Below, piece by piece: positions 1 to 8,118 of a stretch of DNA of 24,000 nucleotides. The position numbers and the translations under genes are program-made. The notes beneath the pieces were generated by a model. It was given only the letters and a program-made list of their open reading frames with translations, was not told the DNA's origin and ran no database searches. The stretch's first letter is position 1, and each line of letters begins with the position of its first letter. The DNA is from Arcicella sp. LKC2W. Lineage in GTDB: Bacteria; Bacteroidota; Bacteroidia; Cytophagales; Spirosomataceae. The stretch covers positions 343,960-367,959 of the forward strand of contig NZ_JAYGIN010000004.1 in assembly GCF_034931005.1 (NCBI RefSeq). The letters run 5' to 3'.

Positions 1-896
1 ACGACATCAGTAAAAATGCTCCAGTAAACTTCAATCGTGATATCACGAATGTTTTACCTTCGGCAAACTTAACTTACAATTTCTCTGAAAAATCATTGTT
101 ACGTTTTGCTTACGGAAAAACCGTTAACCGTCCTGAATTCCGTGAAATTGCTCCATTCTCTTTCTATGATTTTGTAAATAACCGTGTAATCACTGGTAAT
201 TCAAATCTTGAAAATGCACAAGTTGACAATGCCGATTTCCGTTACGAATTCTATCCAACACCTTCTGAAATTATCTCGGTTGCAGCTTTCTATAAATATT
301 TCAAGACACCAATCGAAGTTGTTTTTGACGGTGTGAATAATAACAACATCAGTTTTAGTAACGCAGAAAGTGCTTTCAGTACAGGTATCGAATTAGAGGT
401 TAGAAAATCATTGGATAAATTGACTGACTCTAAATTCTTGAATAAAATCAATTTGGTTTTCAACGGAGCATTTATTTATAGCCGAGTGAAATTTAGTGCC
501 AATACGATTAACCAATCAGATAATCGTCCATTACAAGGACAGTCGCCGTACATCATCAATGCAGGTATTAATTACAACGATAACAAAAACAATACACAAA
601 TTAGCTTATTGTTCAACGTAATCGGAAAGCGTATTTATGCAGTAGGAAACTCATTTGCAGCAGGTTATCCAGACTGGTACGAAATGCCACGTAATGTGTT
701 AGACTTGACTTTCTCGAAAGAAGTTTACAAAAACTTAATCGTGAAAGGTGGTATTACAGATATTCTTAATAACAAAAACTTAATTCTTCAAGACGGAAAC
801 AGAGATGGTAGTTTCAATAGCGATTCAGACCAAACAATCCAGTCTTATTCTCCAGGTAGAGTTTATTCTTTGGGCGTAGTTTATACAATTCGCTAA
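1..896 (+). CDS. TonB-dependent outer-membrane receptor, C-terminal beta-barrel part (5' end lies outside the window)
   Basis: The frame is open from nt 3 (DISKNAPVNFNRDITNVLPS...), so the TTG at 96 in the ORF track is only an artefact of the window edge. Alternating beta-strand pattern, NRPEFREIAPFSFYDF motif and terminal barrel strand RVYSLGVVYTIR resemble Bacteroidota TBDRs. Confidence 0.8.
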   Translation, partial: DISKNAPVNFNRDITNVLPSANLTYNFSEKSLLRFAYGKTVNRPEFREIAPFSFYDFVNNRVITGNSNLENAQVDNADFRYEFYPTPSEIISVAAFYKYFKTPIEVVFDGVNNNNISFSNAESAFSTGIELEVRKSLDKLTDSKFLNKINLVFNGAFIYSRVKFSANTINQSDNRPLQGQSPYIINAGINYNDNKNNTQISLLFNVIGKRIYAVGNSFAAGYPDWYEMPRNVLDLTFSKEVYKNLIVKGGITDILNNKNLILQDGNRDGSFNSDSDQTIQSYSPGRVYSLGVVYTIR

Positions 897-1032
897 TTGA
901 AAATTTGATAAGCATTAAAAGAGCAGTAAGAAAGAATAAGCCGTTCCACAAAATCATAAAGAAAACAGTCAGTATAAATAAAATAAACATTATTTCAATT
1001 TAATATATTATAAACTATTCATTTCGAAACTC

Positions 1033-2772
1033 ATGAAATCTATCAAAATTATTGCTCTGTTACTTTCGGTAATAACAATGTTTCAGGCTTGTAAAGACGA
1101 TACTCCTGCTGTTGTGCCAATTCCAACAATTACGACAAGCGGAACTTTATCGGGAATTCCAGGAGCAACCGTTCAAATCAAAGCATCAATTAATGCTCCA
1201 GGTGGCGTAAAAGCAATTACAGTTTTGAAAAATGGTTCTGCTTTTGATTCTCAAACTGGAACTGGACAAACAACACTTGACTATACTAAAGATTACGTTA
1301 TTGAGTCACTTGCAGCTAACTCGGTAGTTAATTTTACCATTCAAGTAACTGATAACAATAACCAAGTTTCTTCTTTAACTACTATTCCAGTAACAGTTTC
1401 TGCAATTCCTGCTCCAACAGTAGTTACAGTTTCAGGTAATTTAGAAGGTAATATTACTTGGACGGCTGATAAAATCTATAAATTGAGCGGTTTTGTTCGT
1501 TTGGGTCAAGAAGCAGTATTTGGTACTGTTACTAAAACGGCAACATTGACAATCCAACCTGGTACAGTTATCATTGGTGAACGTGCTACAAAAGGTACTT
1601 TAGTTGTTCAAAGAGGTAGTAAATTAATTGCAGAAGGTACAGCAGCGAAACCAATCGTGTTTACATCTGAGCGTGCAGCAGGTGAGCGTGAACCAGGTGA
1701 CTGGGGTGGAATTGTAATTTGTGGTAAAGCAATCAACAACTTACCAGATGCTCAAGCAAACCGTGAATTAGAAGGTGCTTATGGTGCATTCCACGGAGGT
1801 ACAGATAATACTGATAACTCTGGTTCTTTAAAATATGTTCGTGTTGAATTTGCAGGTATTCCAATTAACCCTAACCAAGAAGTAAACTCATTCACTTTTG
1901 GTTCAGTAGGTGCTGGTACAACGTTAGAATATTTACAAGCTACTTTTGGATTAGATGATTCATTTGAATGGTTTGGTGGAAATGTAAATGCTAAATATTT
2001 GGTAGCTTACAAAGGTTTAGATGATGATTTTGACATTGATAATGGTTTCTCTGGAAATGTTCAATACGGAATTGGTATTCGTGGTGCTACACAAGCAGAT
2101 ATTTCTGGTTCAAACGGATTTGAGGTTGATAATGATGCTGCTGGTTCTTCAAATGCTCCATTCACTTCTGCAACGTTTGCCAATATGTCTATCATTGGAC
2201 CAAAAGGAAGTTTGATAACCATTAGTTCTCAATTCCAAAATGGAGCTCAATTACGTCGTAACAACAAATTGAAAATCTATAATACAGTTATTACAGGTTA
2301 TCCAAACGGTGTTTATATTGATAGCCAAAGAGGAGATGCAAAAGGTAATGCTGCCAAAGGAGATATTACGCTTCAAAACGTTATCGTTGCAGGTTTAGAC
2401 AAATGGGGAACAAATGGTTTTGGTCAAGGAGATGCTAACCTTCCACGTGGATTTGGTGTAGTAGATAACGAACAATCTACGGCTGCTCCAGCAATCTTGA
2501 TTGGTACTCAAAAGCCTTCTGAATGGTTTGTTGCTCAAACAGGAAACAAATTATTGGCTAATACTTCAACGCTTGGTTTAAACTCATCTTTATGGTCAAC
2601 TGGTCGTCCTACATTTGTTTTAGGAACTGGCTCTACTTTATTAGGTGTAAATCTACCAACAACTTTACCTGCTTTCTTCACGAAAACGACTTTTGCAGGT
2701 GCATTTAATGATACAGACTGGACACTTGGTTGGACGGAGTTTAATCCACAAACAATTGTTTACGTAAAATAA
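1033..2772 (+). CDS. Large surface lipoprotein of unknown function (579 aa), probable partner of the upstream TonB-dependent receptor
   Basis: Signal peptide ending in Cys (ITMFQAC). Thr/Val-rich Ig-like N-terminal segment. Long Gly/Asp/Asn-rich body with recurring acidic motifs (PGDWGGIVICG, DDSFEWFGG, DDDFDIDNGF, GFEVDND). It starts 136 nt downstream of the TBDR on the same strand. Confidence 0.7.
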   Translation: MKSIKIIALLLSVITMFQACKDDTPAVVPIPTITTSGTLSGIPGATVQIKASINAPGGVKAITVLKNGSAFDSQTGTGQTTLDYTKDYVIESLAANSVVNFTIQVTDNNNQVSSLTTIPVTVSAIPAPTVVTVSGNLEGNITWTADKIYKLSGFVRLGQEAVFGTVTKTATLTIQPGTVIIGERATKGTLVVQRGSKLIAEGTAAKPIVFTSERAAGEREPGDWGGIVICGKAINNLPDAQANRELEGAYGAFHGGTDNTDNSGSLKYVRVEFAGIPINPNQEVNSFTFGSVGAGTTLEYLQATFGLDDSFEWFGGNVNAKYLVAYKGLDDDFDIDNGFSGNVQYGIGIRGATQADISGSNGFEVDNDAAGSSNAPFTSATFANMSIIGPKGSLITISSQFQNGAQLRRNNKLKIYNTVITGYPNGVYIDSQRGDAKGNAAKGDITLQNVIVAGLDKWGTNGFGQGDANLPRGFGVVDNEQSTAAPAILIGTQKPSEWFVAQTGNKLLANTSTLGLNSSLWSTGRPTFVLGTGSTLLGVNLPTTLPAFFTKTTFAGAFNDTDWTLGWTEFNPQTIVYVK

Positions 2773-2782
2773 ATAAGGTTTT

Positions 2783-2845
2783 AGGTTTAGATATTAGGTT
2801 TTAGTATTCGAGAATTTTCAAACTAAAACCTAATATCTAAAACCT
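2783..2845. repeat. Long near-perfect hairpin (about 23-bp stem, one bulge) built from iterated AGGTTT(T)AG words
   Basis: 2783-2805 aggtttagatattaggttttagt pairs with 2822-2845 actaaaacctaatatctaaaacct. The loop is 2806-2821. It starts 11 nt after the stop of the 579-aa gene. There is no T-tract, so it is not a canonical intrinsic terminator. Confidence 0.8.
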
Positions 2846-2866
2846 ATACTCTCAGAAATTACCAAT

Positions 2867-3415
2867 ATGAAAACGATACTTTTAGGCTTACTGATTACCT
2901 TAACGCTCATTTCCTGTCAATCTAATAATAACGACTTTGATAATTATTTTTCTAAAAGTCAACAAGATAGCCTCTTAACCAATATTGTTACTTACCTCTA
3001 TTTACCTGCTCCAGAAGCAACCAATAAAACAAAGTTTCAGCCTCAATTTAGAGGTTTTTACGCCAAAAATATTCCTAATTTTAAAGTACAAAAGTATTAC
3101 CAAGCAGAAAATGGTTGGCATTACTTTTTCCTGATTCGCCCAGTAGGTTCAAGCTCAGCTTTTAAAAGAGGCGTTCTCGGGAAATTCAAATTAACGCCCA
3201 ATTCATTAATGCCAATAGCATTTGAAGAAGTTGCCAATACACCACATTTAGCGGAGGAAGTAGCAAAAGAACGTGGTAATTATTTATTCCAAGAATTGAT
3301 AAAAAACGGGAATTTAAACCAGCAAATTCCTATGAAACAATATATAGAATGGCCAGATGAACATTTGGCTTATGATAAAAAGACAAATCAGTGGATAACT
3401 ATAAAACCGTATTAA
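2867..3415 (+). CDS. Small lipoprotein, unknown function (182 aa)
   Basis: Signal peptide plus lipobox LISC. Clean ORF with ATG start and no competing ORF. Confidence 0.65.
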   Translation: MKTILLGLLITLTLISCQSNNNDFDNYFSKSQQDSLLTNIVTYLYLPAPEATNKTKFQPQFRGFYAKNIPNFKVQKYYQAENGWHYFFLIRPVGSSSAFKRGVLGKFKLTPNSLMPIAFEEVANTPHLAEEVAKERGNYLFQELIKNGNLNQQIPMKQYIEWPDEHLAYDKKTNQWITIKPY

Positions 3416-3480
3416 AGATTTCCTCTCTGCTACGGTAGGGAGAAAGTCCAAACGGATTTTCATATTGGTGTAATAAAGCA

Positions 3481-3510
3481 AAAGCCGAGATTTATAGTCT
3501 CGGCTTTTCT
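3481..3510 (+). terminator. Intrinsic terminator hairpin
   Basis: aaagccgaga (3481-3490) pairs perfectly with tctcggcttt (3498-3507). The loop is 7 nt, followed by T-rich sequence and preceded by an A-run. It lies 66 nt after the stop of the 182-aa gene. Confidence 0.7.
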
Positions 3511-3621
3511 GTTTCTTTAACTTTTCACAGCAATAAATAATATCTTGAGTGTGTAGTCTTGAAAGAAATTAAACTTTCAAGTTTTCGAAATACTTTGATA
3601 GCATACTTGATAAATGCCACT

Positions 3622-3629
3622 TAAATTTG
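3622..3629 (+). promoter_or_regulatory. Candidate Bacteroidota -7 promoter box TAAATTTG upstream of tag
   Basis: Exact match to the TAnnTTTG consensus 25 nt upstream of the tag ATG. No well-spaced -33 TTG (candidates give 12- and 24-nt spacers). Confidence 0.3.
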
Positions 3630-3653
3630 TAAATAGTTAAACAACACTCTAAT

Positions 3654-4229
3654 ATGACTATCGAAAAAGAAACTATAACCCGTTGTCAATGGGCTGGAAA
3701 TGATGCACTTTACATAAAATATCATGATGAAGAATGGGGCGTTCCACTTTATGATGATGATAAGTTATTTGAATTTTTAATCCTTGAAGGTTTTCAGGCA
3801 GGATTGAGTTGGATAACCATTTTACGGAAAAGAGAGAACTTTAGAAAAGCATTTGATAATTTCGATGCCTTAAAAATTGTTAAATATGATGCTCAAAAAG
3901 TAGAAGAACTCATGCAGGATGCAGGTATCATCAGGAATCGTTTGAAAATAGAAGGAACAATCATCAACGCTCGTTTATTTCTTGAAATACAACAAGAATA
4001 TGGCAGTTTTAGAGAATATATTTGGCAGTTTGTAGGAGGTCAACCCATTGTAAATCAGGCGAATAGTTTAGGTAGTGTGCCTGCAAGAACCGATATTTCA
4101 GATGCCATGAGTAAAACTCTCAAGAAACGAGGATTCAAGTTTATTGGTACTACAATTTGCTACGCCTTTATGCAGGCAACAGGTATGGTCAATGACCACA
4201 TTATAAATTGTATCTGTTATAACCGATAA
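3654..4229 (+). CDS. tag: DNA-3-methyladenine glycosylase I
   Basis: Length of 191 aa and N-terminal CQWAGNDALYIKYHDEEWGVP plus FEFLILEGFQAGLSW match the Tag family signature. Confidence 0.9.
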   Translation: MTIEKETITRCQWAGNDALYIKYHDEEWGVPLYDDDKLFEFLILEGFQAGLSWITILRKRENFRKAFDNFDALKIVKYDAQKVEELMQDAGIIRNRLKIEGTIINARLFLEIQQEYGSFREYIWQFVGGQPIVNQANSLGSVPARTDISDAMSKTLKKRGFKFIGTTICYAFMQATGMVNDHIINCICYNR

Positions 4230-4258
4230 TCTATCCCATAAAATTGACTTAGCTTTTG

Positions 4259-4266
4259 TAACTTTG
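4259..4266 (+). promoter_or_regulatory. Candidate -7 promoter box TAACTTTG upstream of the glycosyltransferase gene
   Basis: Matches TAnnTTTG 50 nt upstream of the ATG at 4316. A TTG lies at 4244-4246 but the spacer is only 12 nt. Confidence 0.3.
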
Positions 4267-4315
4267 CATATAAGAACGGTTCGAATCACCAATCTTCAAA
4301 ATAAAACTAAAATAA

Positions 4316-5056
4316 ATGAATTCACGTATCGTCATCATTCCTACTTATAACGAAATAGAAAACATTGAAGCCATTATACGTAAAGTGATGAGCCTTGAAC
4401 CTGCTTTCGATTTATTGATTGTAGATGATGGTTCTCCAGATGGAACTGGAAAAAAAGTTAAAGAATTACAAACCGAATTTGGGACAAATCGTTTGCACTT
4501 ACAGGAACGTAAAGGTAAATTAGGTTTAGGTACAGCTTATATTCATGGTTTTAAATATGCTTTAGGACTGAACTATGAGTATATTTTTGAAATGGATGCC
4601 GACTTTTCGCATAATCCAGATGATTTGGTAAGATTGTATAATGCTTGTGCCAATGACGGTGCAGACATGGCGATTGGTTCAAGATACATCAATGGTGTCA
4701 ATGTGGTAAACTGGCCAATGAGCCGTGTATTAATGTCATATTTTGCAGGATATTATGTAAGATTTATTACTGGTATTCCTGTAATGGATGTTACGGCAGG
4801 CTTTAAATGTTATACCGCTAAGGTTTTGAAAACCATTAATTTAGATTCTATAAAATTTGTTGGTTATGCGTTTCAAGTAGAAATGAAATTTACCACATGG
4901 AAATACGGTTTCAAAATTGTTGAAGTGCCAATTATTTTCACAGACCGTACAAAAGGACAATCTAAAATGTCTGCCAATATATTCCGTGAAGCAATTTTAG
5001 GAGTTATTCAAATGAAAATCAATAGCTTCTTTAAAAAATATAAGAGAAGTTTATGA
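4316..5056 (+). CDS. GT2-family polyprenol-phosphate mannosyltransferase (Dpm1-like)
   Basis: IVIPTYNEIENI, LLIVDDGSPDGT, EMDADFSH and GSRY motifs typical of the dolichyl/polyprenyl-phosphate mannose synthase-type GT-A fold. 246 aa. Confidence 0.85.
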   Translation: MNSRIVIIPTYNEIENIEAIIRKVMSLEPAFDLLIVDDGSPDGTGKKVKELQTEFGTNRLHLQERKGKLGLGTAYIHGFKYALGLNYEYIFEMDADFSHNPDDLVRLYNACANDGADMAIGSRYINGVNVVNWPMSRVLMSYFAGYYVRFITGIPVMDVTAGFKCYTAKVLKTINLDSIKFVGYAFQVEMKFTTWKYGFKIVEVPIIFTDRTKGQSKMSANIFREAILGVIQMKINSFFKKYKRSL

Positions 5057-5128
5057 GTTTAGCGTTTATGAGTAAAAAAAGGAATATTCTTTATTCAGTT
5101 AAGACTCATAAACTCATGAATTCATAAA
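5049..5128. repeat. Hairpin/inverted repeat built from iterated TTTATGAGT words, overlapping the stop codon of the preceding gene
   Basis: gtttatgagt occurs at 5049-5058 and 5064-5073. Its complement actcataaac is at 5104-5113, followed by the degenerate tcatgaattcataaa. The TGA stop (5054-5056) sits inside the first word. The loop contains the palindrome gaatattc. Confidence 0.7.
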
Positions 5129-5142
5129 TTTACAAACTCAAA

Positions 5143-5685
5143 ATGACTTACGAACACATTAAAGCCATTCATATTATCTTCGTAACCAGTTGGTTTGCAG
5201 GACTTTTTTATTTGCCACGCCTTTTTGTGTATCATACTGAAGCTAATGATAAACCAGATTTGGAGCGTTCTATTATTCAAGAACAATTCAAAAAAATGGA
5301 AAAAATTCTGTTCAATGCCATCATGGTTCCTGCCATGTGGTTGACGGTTATTTCTGGGATTACAATGGTTTATTGGACTTGGTGGGATTCTTTCTCAGCT
5401 CATGGTTGGTTACATATCAAATTGAGCTTTGTGGTTGGACTAATCATTTATCATTTTTATTGTAGAAAACTGATTGCCGAATTACGCCAAGATAAATTTA
5501 GGTTTACTGGTTTTCAGTTAAGACTGTTTAACGAAATAGCTACTATTTTCCTTTTCGCCATTGTATTTTTAGTAGTTCTCAAAAATTCAGTGGATTGGAT
5601 TTGGGGTATTTTAGGCTTAGTTCTTTTCGCCGTAATCATTATGTCAGCGGTAAGAATTGTGAAGAAAATTCGGGAGAAGAAGTAA
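5143..5685 (+). CDS. hemJ: Protoporphyrinogen IX oxidase HemJ (UPF0093/CopD-like membrane protein)
   Basis: 180 aa with four or five TM segments. N-terminal IKAIHIIFVTSWFAGLFYLPRLFVYH, with a conserved His, is typical of HemJ. Confidence 0.75.
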   Translation: MTYEHIKAIHIIFVTSWFAGLFYLPRLFVYHTEANDKPDLERSIIQEQFKKMEKILFNAIMVPAMWLTVISGITMVYWTWWDSFSAHGWLHIKLSFVVGLIIYHFYCRKLIAELRQDKFRFTGFQLRLFNEIATIFLFAIVFLVVLKNSVDWIWGILGLVLFAVIIMSAVRIVKKIREKK

Positions 5686-5701
5686 GCTGAAATCGTAAAC
5701 T

Positions 5702-5761
5702 AAAATTAGACCACAGATTGTACTGATTCAACGGATTTACACGGAAATTTAAAGAAAAATC
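5702..5761 (+). repeat. REP-like dispersed repeat, family A (single arm)
   Basis: aaaattagaccacagattgtactgattcaacggatttacacggaaatttaaagaaaaatc. It matches 23943-24000 with 2 substitutions and one 2-nt indel. It carries ACNGATT heptads at 9-nt spacing. Confidence 0.85.
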
Positions 5762-5840
5762 AAAACTCCGTTATGGGTAAATTGTAGATGGTTTTGAAAT
5801 CATTAACGGTACGATAAAGAGTTTGTCTCAACACAAACGA

Positions 5841-5949
5841 TAGACCACTGATTGAACGGATTATACTGATTTTCGCTGATTTTTCTTTATCTGCTGTGTA
5901 AATCAGTATAATCCGTTTCATCAGTGGTCTAAATTTGTCTGCGACAAAT
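5841..5949. repeat. REP-like family A, inverted pair (32-nt arms, 30/32 complementary) plus a terminal 7-bp mini-hairpin
   Basis: 5841-5872 tagaccactgattgaacggattatactgattt pairs with 5900-5931 aaatcagtataatccgtttcatcagtggtcta. A small hairpin atttgtc-tgc-gacaaat follows at 5933-5949. The element lies between the convergent hemJ and dxs genes. Confidence 0.85.
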
Positions 5950-5967
5950 AGTTTATAGTTCTGATTA

Positions 5968-7938
5968 TTAATTCAAAACCAATTTCACATCTTCTGCTTT
6001 TTGTTGAATTTTCTTTGTTCCTAAAATAGCTCTAACGGCTTCTGCAATTCCTTCAGGGTCGAAACCACATTCACGATGAAGTTCAATTTGTTCGCCGTGT
6101 TCAACAACTCGGTCAGGAATACCTAAACGTTTGATTTGAGCCGAGTAATCATGGTCTAACATAAACTCTGCTACCGCCGAACCAAATCCACCTTGAATAC
6201 AACCATCTTCTACCGTGATTACTTTATCATAATTTTGGAAAATTTCGTGTAACATCGCTTCGTCTAAAGGCTTTACAAAACGCATATCGTAATGTGCTGG
6301 ATTGATACCTTCTTTTTCAAGGATTTTACAAGTTTCAACGGCATAATTTCCAATATGTCCGAGTGTCAAAATCGCTACATTCTCCCCGTCTTTTATCTTT
6401 CTACCTTTACCAATTTCCATTTTCTCAAATGGTGTTTTCCAATCAGGCATAACACCTTCTCCACGTGGATAACGAATTGAAATACAACTTTTTAAGTCCT
6501 TAAAATTGTCTTGCGAAACGGTAAACATAATATCTCGTAATTCCTTTTCATTCATCGGAGAAAACACAATCATGTTCGGAATACAACGCATATACGCAAC
6601 GTCATACGCTCCATGATGGGTTGGTCCATCTGCACCTGCAAAACCCGCACGGTCAAGACAGAAAATAACAGGTAATTCTTGTATTGCTACATCATGAACC
6701 ACTTGGTCAAAAGCTCGTTGCATGAACGTTGAATAAATATTACAGAAAACGGTCAGACCTTGCGTTGCCATTCCTGCTGAGAAAGTTACAGCGTGTTGTT
6801 CGGCAATACCTACATCAAAAGCACGGTCGGGCATGGCTTTCATCATCAAATTCAATGAACTCCCTGAAGGCATAGCGGGCGTAACACCCATGATTTTGGC
6901 ATTTTGCTCTGCTAATTCAACAATAGTATGCCCGAAAACGTCCTGATATTTAGGAGGTTGTGGCGTAGAATAAACTTTTTTCTTGATTTCTCCTGTGATT
7001 TTATCAAATTTCCCTGGAGCGTGCCAAAGTGTCTGGTCTTTTTCGGCAAGGGCATAACCTTTGCCTTTGGTGGTAATGCAATGAAGAATTTTAGGGCCTG
7101 GAATGTCTTTCAAATCATTCAAAACCGTTACCATATATTCCACGTCATGCCCGTCGATTGGACCAAAATAACGAAGATTTAATGATTCAAATAAGTTGCT
7201 TTGATTGAGTAAAGTTGCTTTCAGTCCATTTTCTATTTTGGAAACAATATCTTGGGCAGATTTACCAAATTTGGACATTTTGCCTAATAAATTCCAAACT
7301 TCATCTTTTACACGATTGTAGGTATGAGAAGTGGTAATATCGGTCAAATATTCTTTTAAAGCCCCAACATTAGGGTCAATCGCCATGCAGTTGTCATTCA
7401 AAATAATAATCATGTTGTTAGGAATATCTCCCGCATGATTCATCGCTTCAAATGCCATTCCTGCTGTCATTGAGCCATCACCGATAATTGCTACGTGCTG
7501 ACGGTCTTTTTCACCTTTATACTGAGAAGCCACCGACATTCCCAAAGCCGCTGAAATCGAAGTTGAAGAGTGCCCTACACCAAAAGCATCGTATTTACTT
7601 TCCTTTCGTTTTGGAAAACCCGAAATGCCTCCATAAAGACGATTGGTATGAAAATTGTCTCGTCTCCCTGTCAAGATTTTATGTCCGTAAGCTTGATGAC
7701 CAACATCCCAAACTAATTGGTCATTTGGGGTATTGAAAACGTAATGAAGTGCCACCGATAGCTCAACCACGCCCAATGAAGCACCAAAGTGTCCTCCAAA
7801 AACAGACACATCATCAATAATATATTGACGAAGTTCATCACAAATTTGGATTAATTCCGAGCGGTCTCTATTTCTTAAATCCTCTGGGGAGTTAATTTGA
7901 GCCAATATTTTGCCAGGGGTGATTTGCATGGGTTTCAA
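5968..7938 (-). CDS. dxs: 1-deoxy-D-xylulose-5-phosphate synthase
   Basis: GGHFGASLGVVEL, DVGHQAYGHKILTGR and IGDGSMTAGMAFEAMNHAG (TPP-binding) motifs, plus transketolase-like C-terminal domains. An alternative ATG at 7929 is possible. Confidence 0.95.
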   Translation of the reverse strand: MKPMQITPGKILAQINSPEDLRNRDRSELIQICDELRQYIIDDVSVFGGHFGASLGVVELSVALHYVFNTPNDQLVWDVGHQAYGHKILTGRRDNFHTNRLYGGISGFPKRKESKYDAFGVGHSSTSISAALGMSVASQYKGEKDRQHVAIIGDGSMTAGMAFEAMNHAGDIPNNMIIILNDNCMAIDPNVGALKEYLTDITTSHTYNRVKDEVWNLLGKMSKFGKSAQDIVSKIENGLKATLLNQSNLFESLNLRYFGPIDGHDVEYMVTVLNDLKDIPGPKILHCITTKGKGYALAEKDQTLWHAPGKFDKITGEIKKKVYSTPQPPKYQDVFGHTIVELAEQNAKIMGVTPAMPSGSSLNLMMKAMPDRAFDVGIAEQHAVTFSAGMATQGLTVFCNIYSTFMQRAFDQVVHDVAIQELPVIFCLDRAGFAGADGPTHHGAYDVAYMRCIPNMIVFSPMNEKELRDIMFTVSQDNFKDLKSCISIRYPRGEGVMPDWKTPFEKMEIGKGRKIKDGENVAILTLGHIGNYAVETCKILEKEGINPAHYDMRFVKPLDEAMLHEIFQNYDKVITVEDGCIQGGFGSAVAEFMLDHDYSAQIKRLGIPDRVVEHGEQIELHRECGFDPEGIAEAVRAILGTKKIQQKAEDVKLVLN

Positions 7939-8025
7939 TTATCGAAAAGTGTAAAGATATAACTACAAATATTTTAAAATGTTTGGAAGCAATATCTATC
8001 TGGAAAGATTCTAACAACTTCTGAA

Positions 8026-8033
8026 CAAATTTA
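8026..8033 (-). promoter_or_regulatory. Candidate -7 promoter box TAAATTTG (minus strand) upstream of dxs
   Basis: The plus strand reads caaattta, so the minus strand reads TAAATTTG. A TTG lies 22 nt upstream on the minus strand. The box is about 88 nt upstream of the dxs ATG. Confidence 0.3.
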
Positions 8034-8051
8034 CGGAAATTTTTTGAGGTT

Positions 8052-8104
8052 CTTACAACGCAAAACGGTCAAGCGTTTTAGGCTTGACCGTTTTGCGTTG
8101 TAAG
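8052..8104 (-). terminator. Perfect 23-bp stem hairpin downstream of the 303-aa rhomboid gene
   Basis: cttacaacgcaaaacggtcaagc (8052-8074) pairs perfectly with gcttgaccgttttgcgttgtaag (8082-8104), with a 7-nt loop. It lies 15 nt past the stop at 8119. There is no U-tract on the minus strand, so termination is inferred from position only. Confidence 0.5.
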
Positions 8105-8118
8105 TATCAATTTTAATG

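Noticed and set aside
4270-4292. tRNA-like T-loop motif GGTTCGAATC in the tag/glycosyltransferase intergenic region
   Set aside because: The flanking bases (aacgg versus cacca) cannot form a T-stem. No acceptor, D or anticodon arms can be drawn in the preceding 60 nt. It is a chance match.
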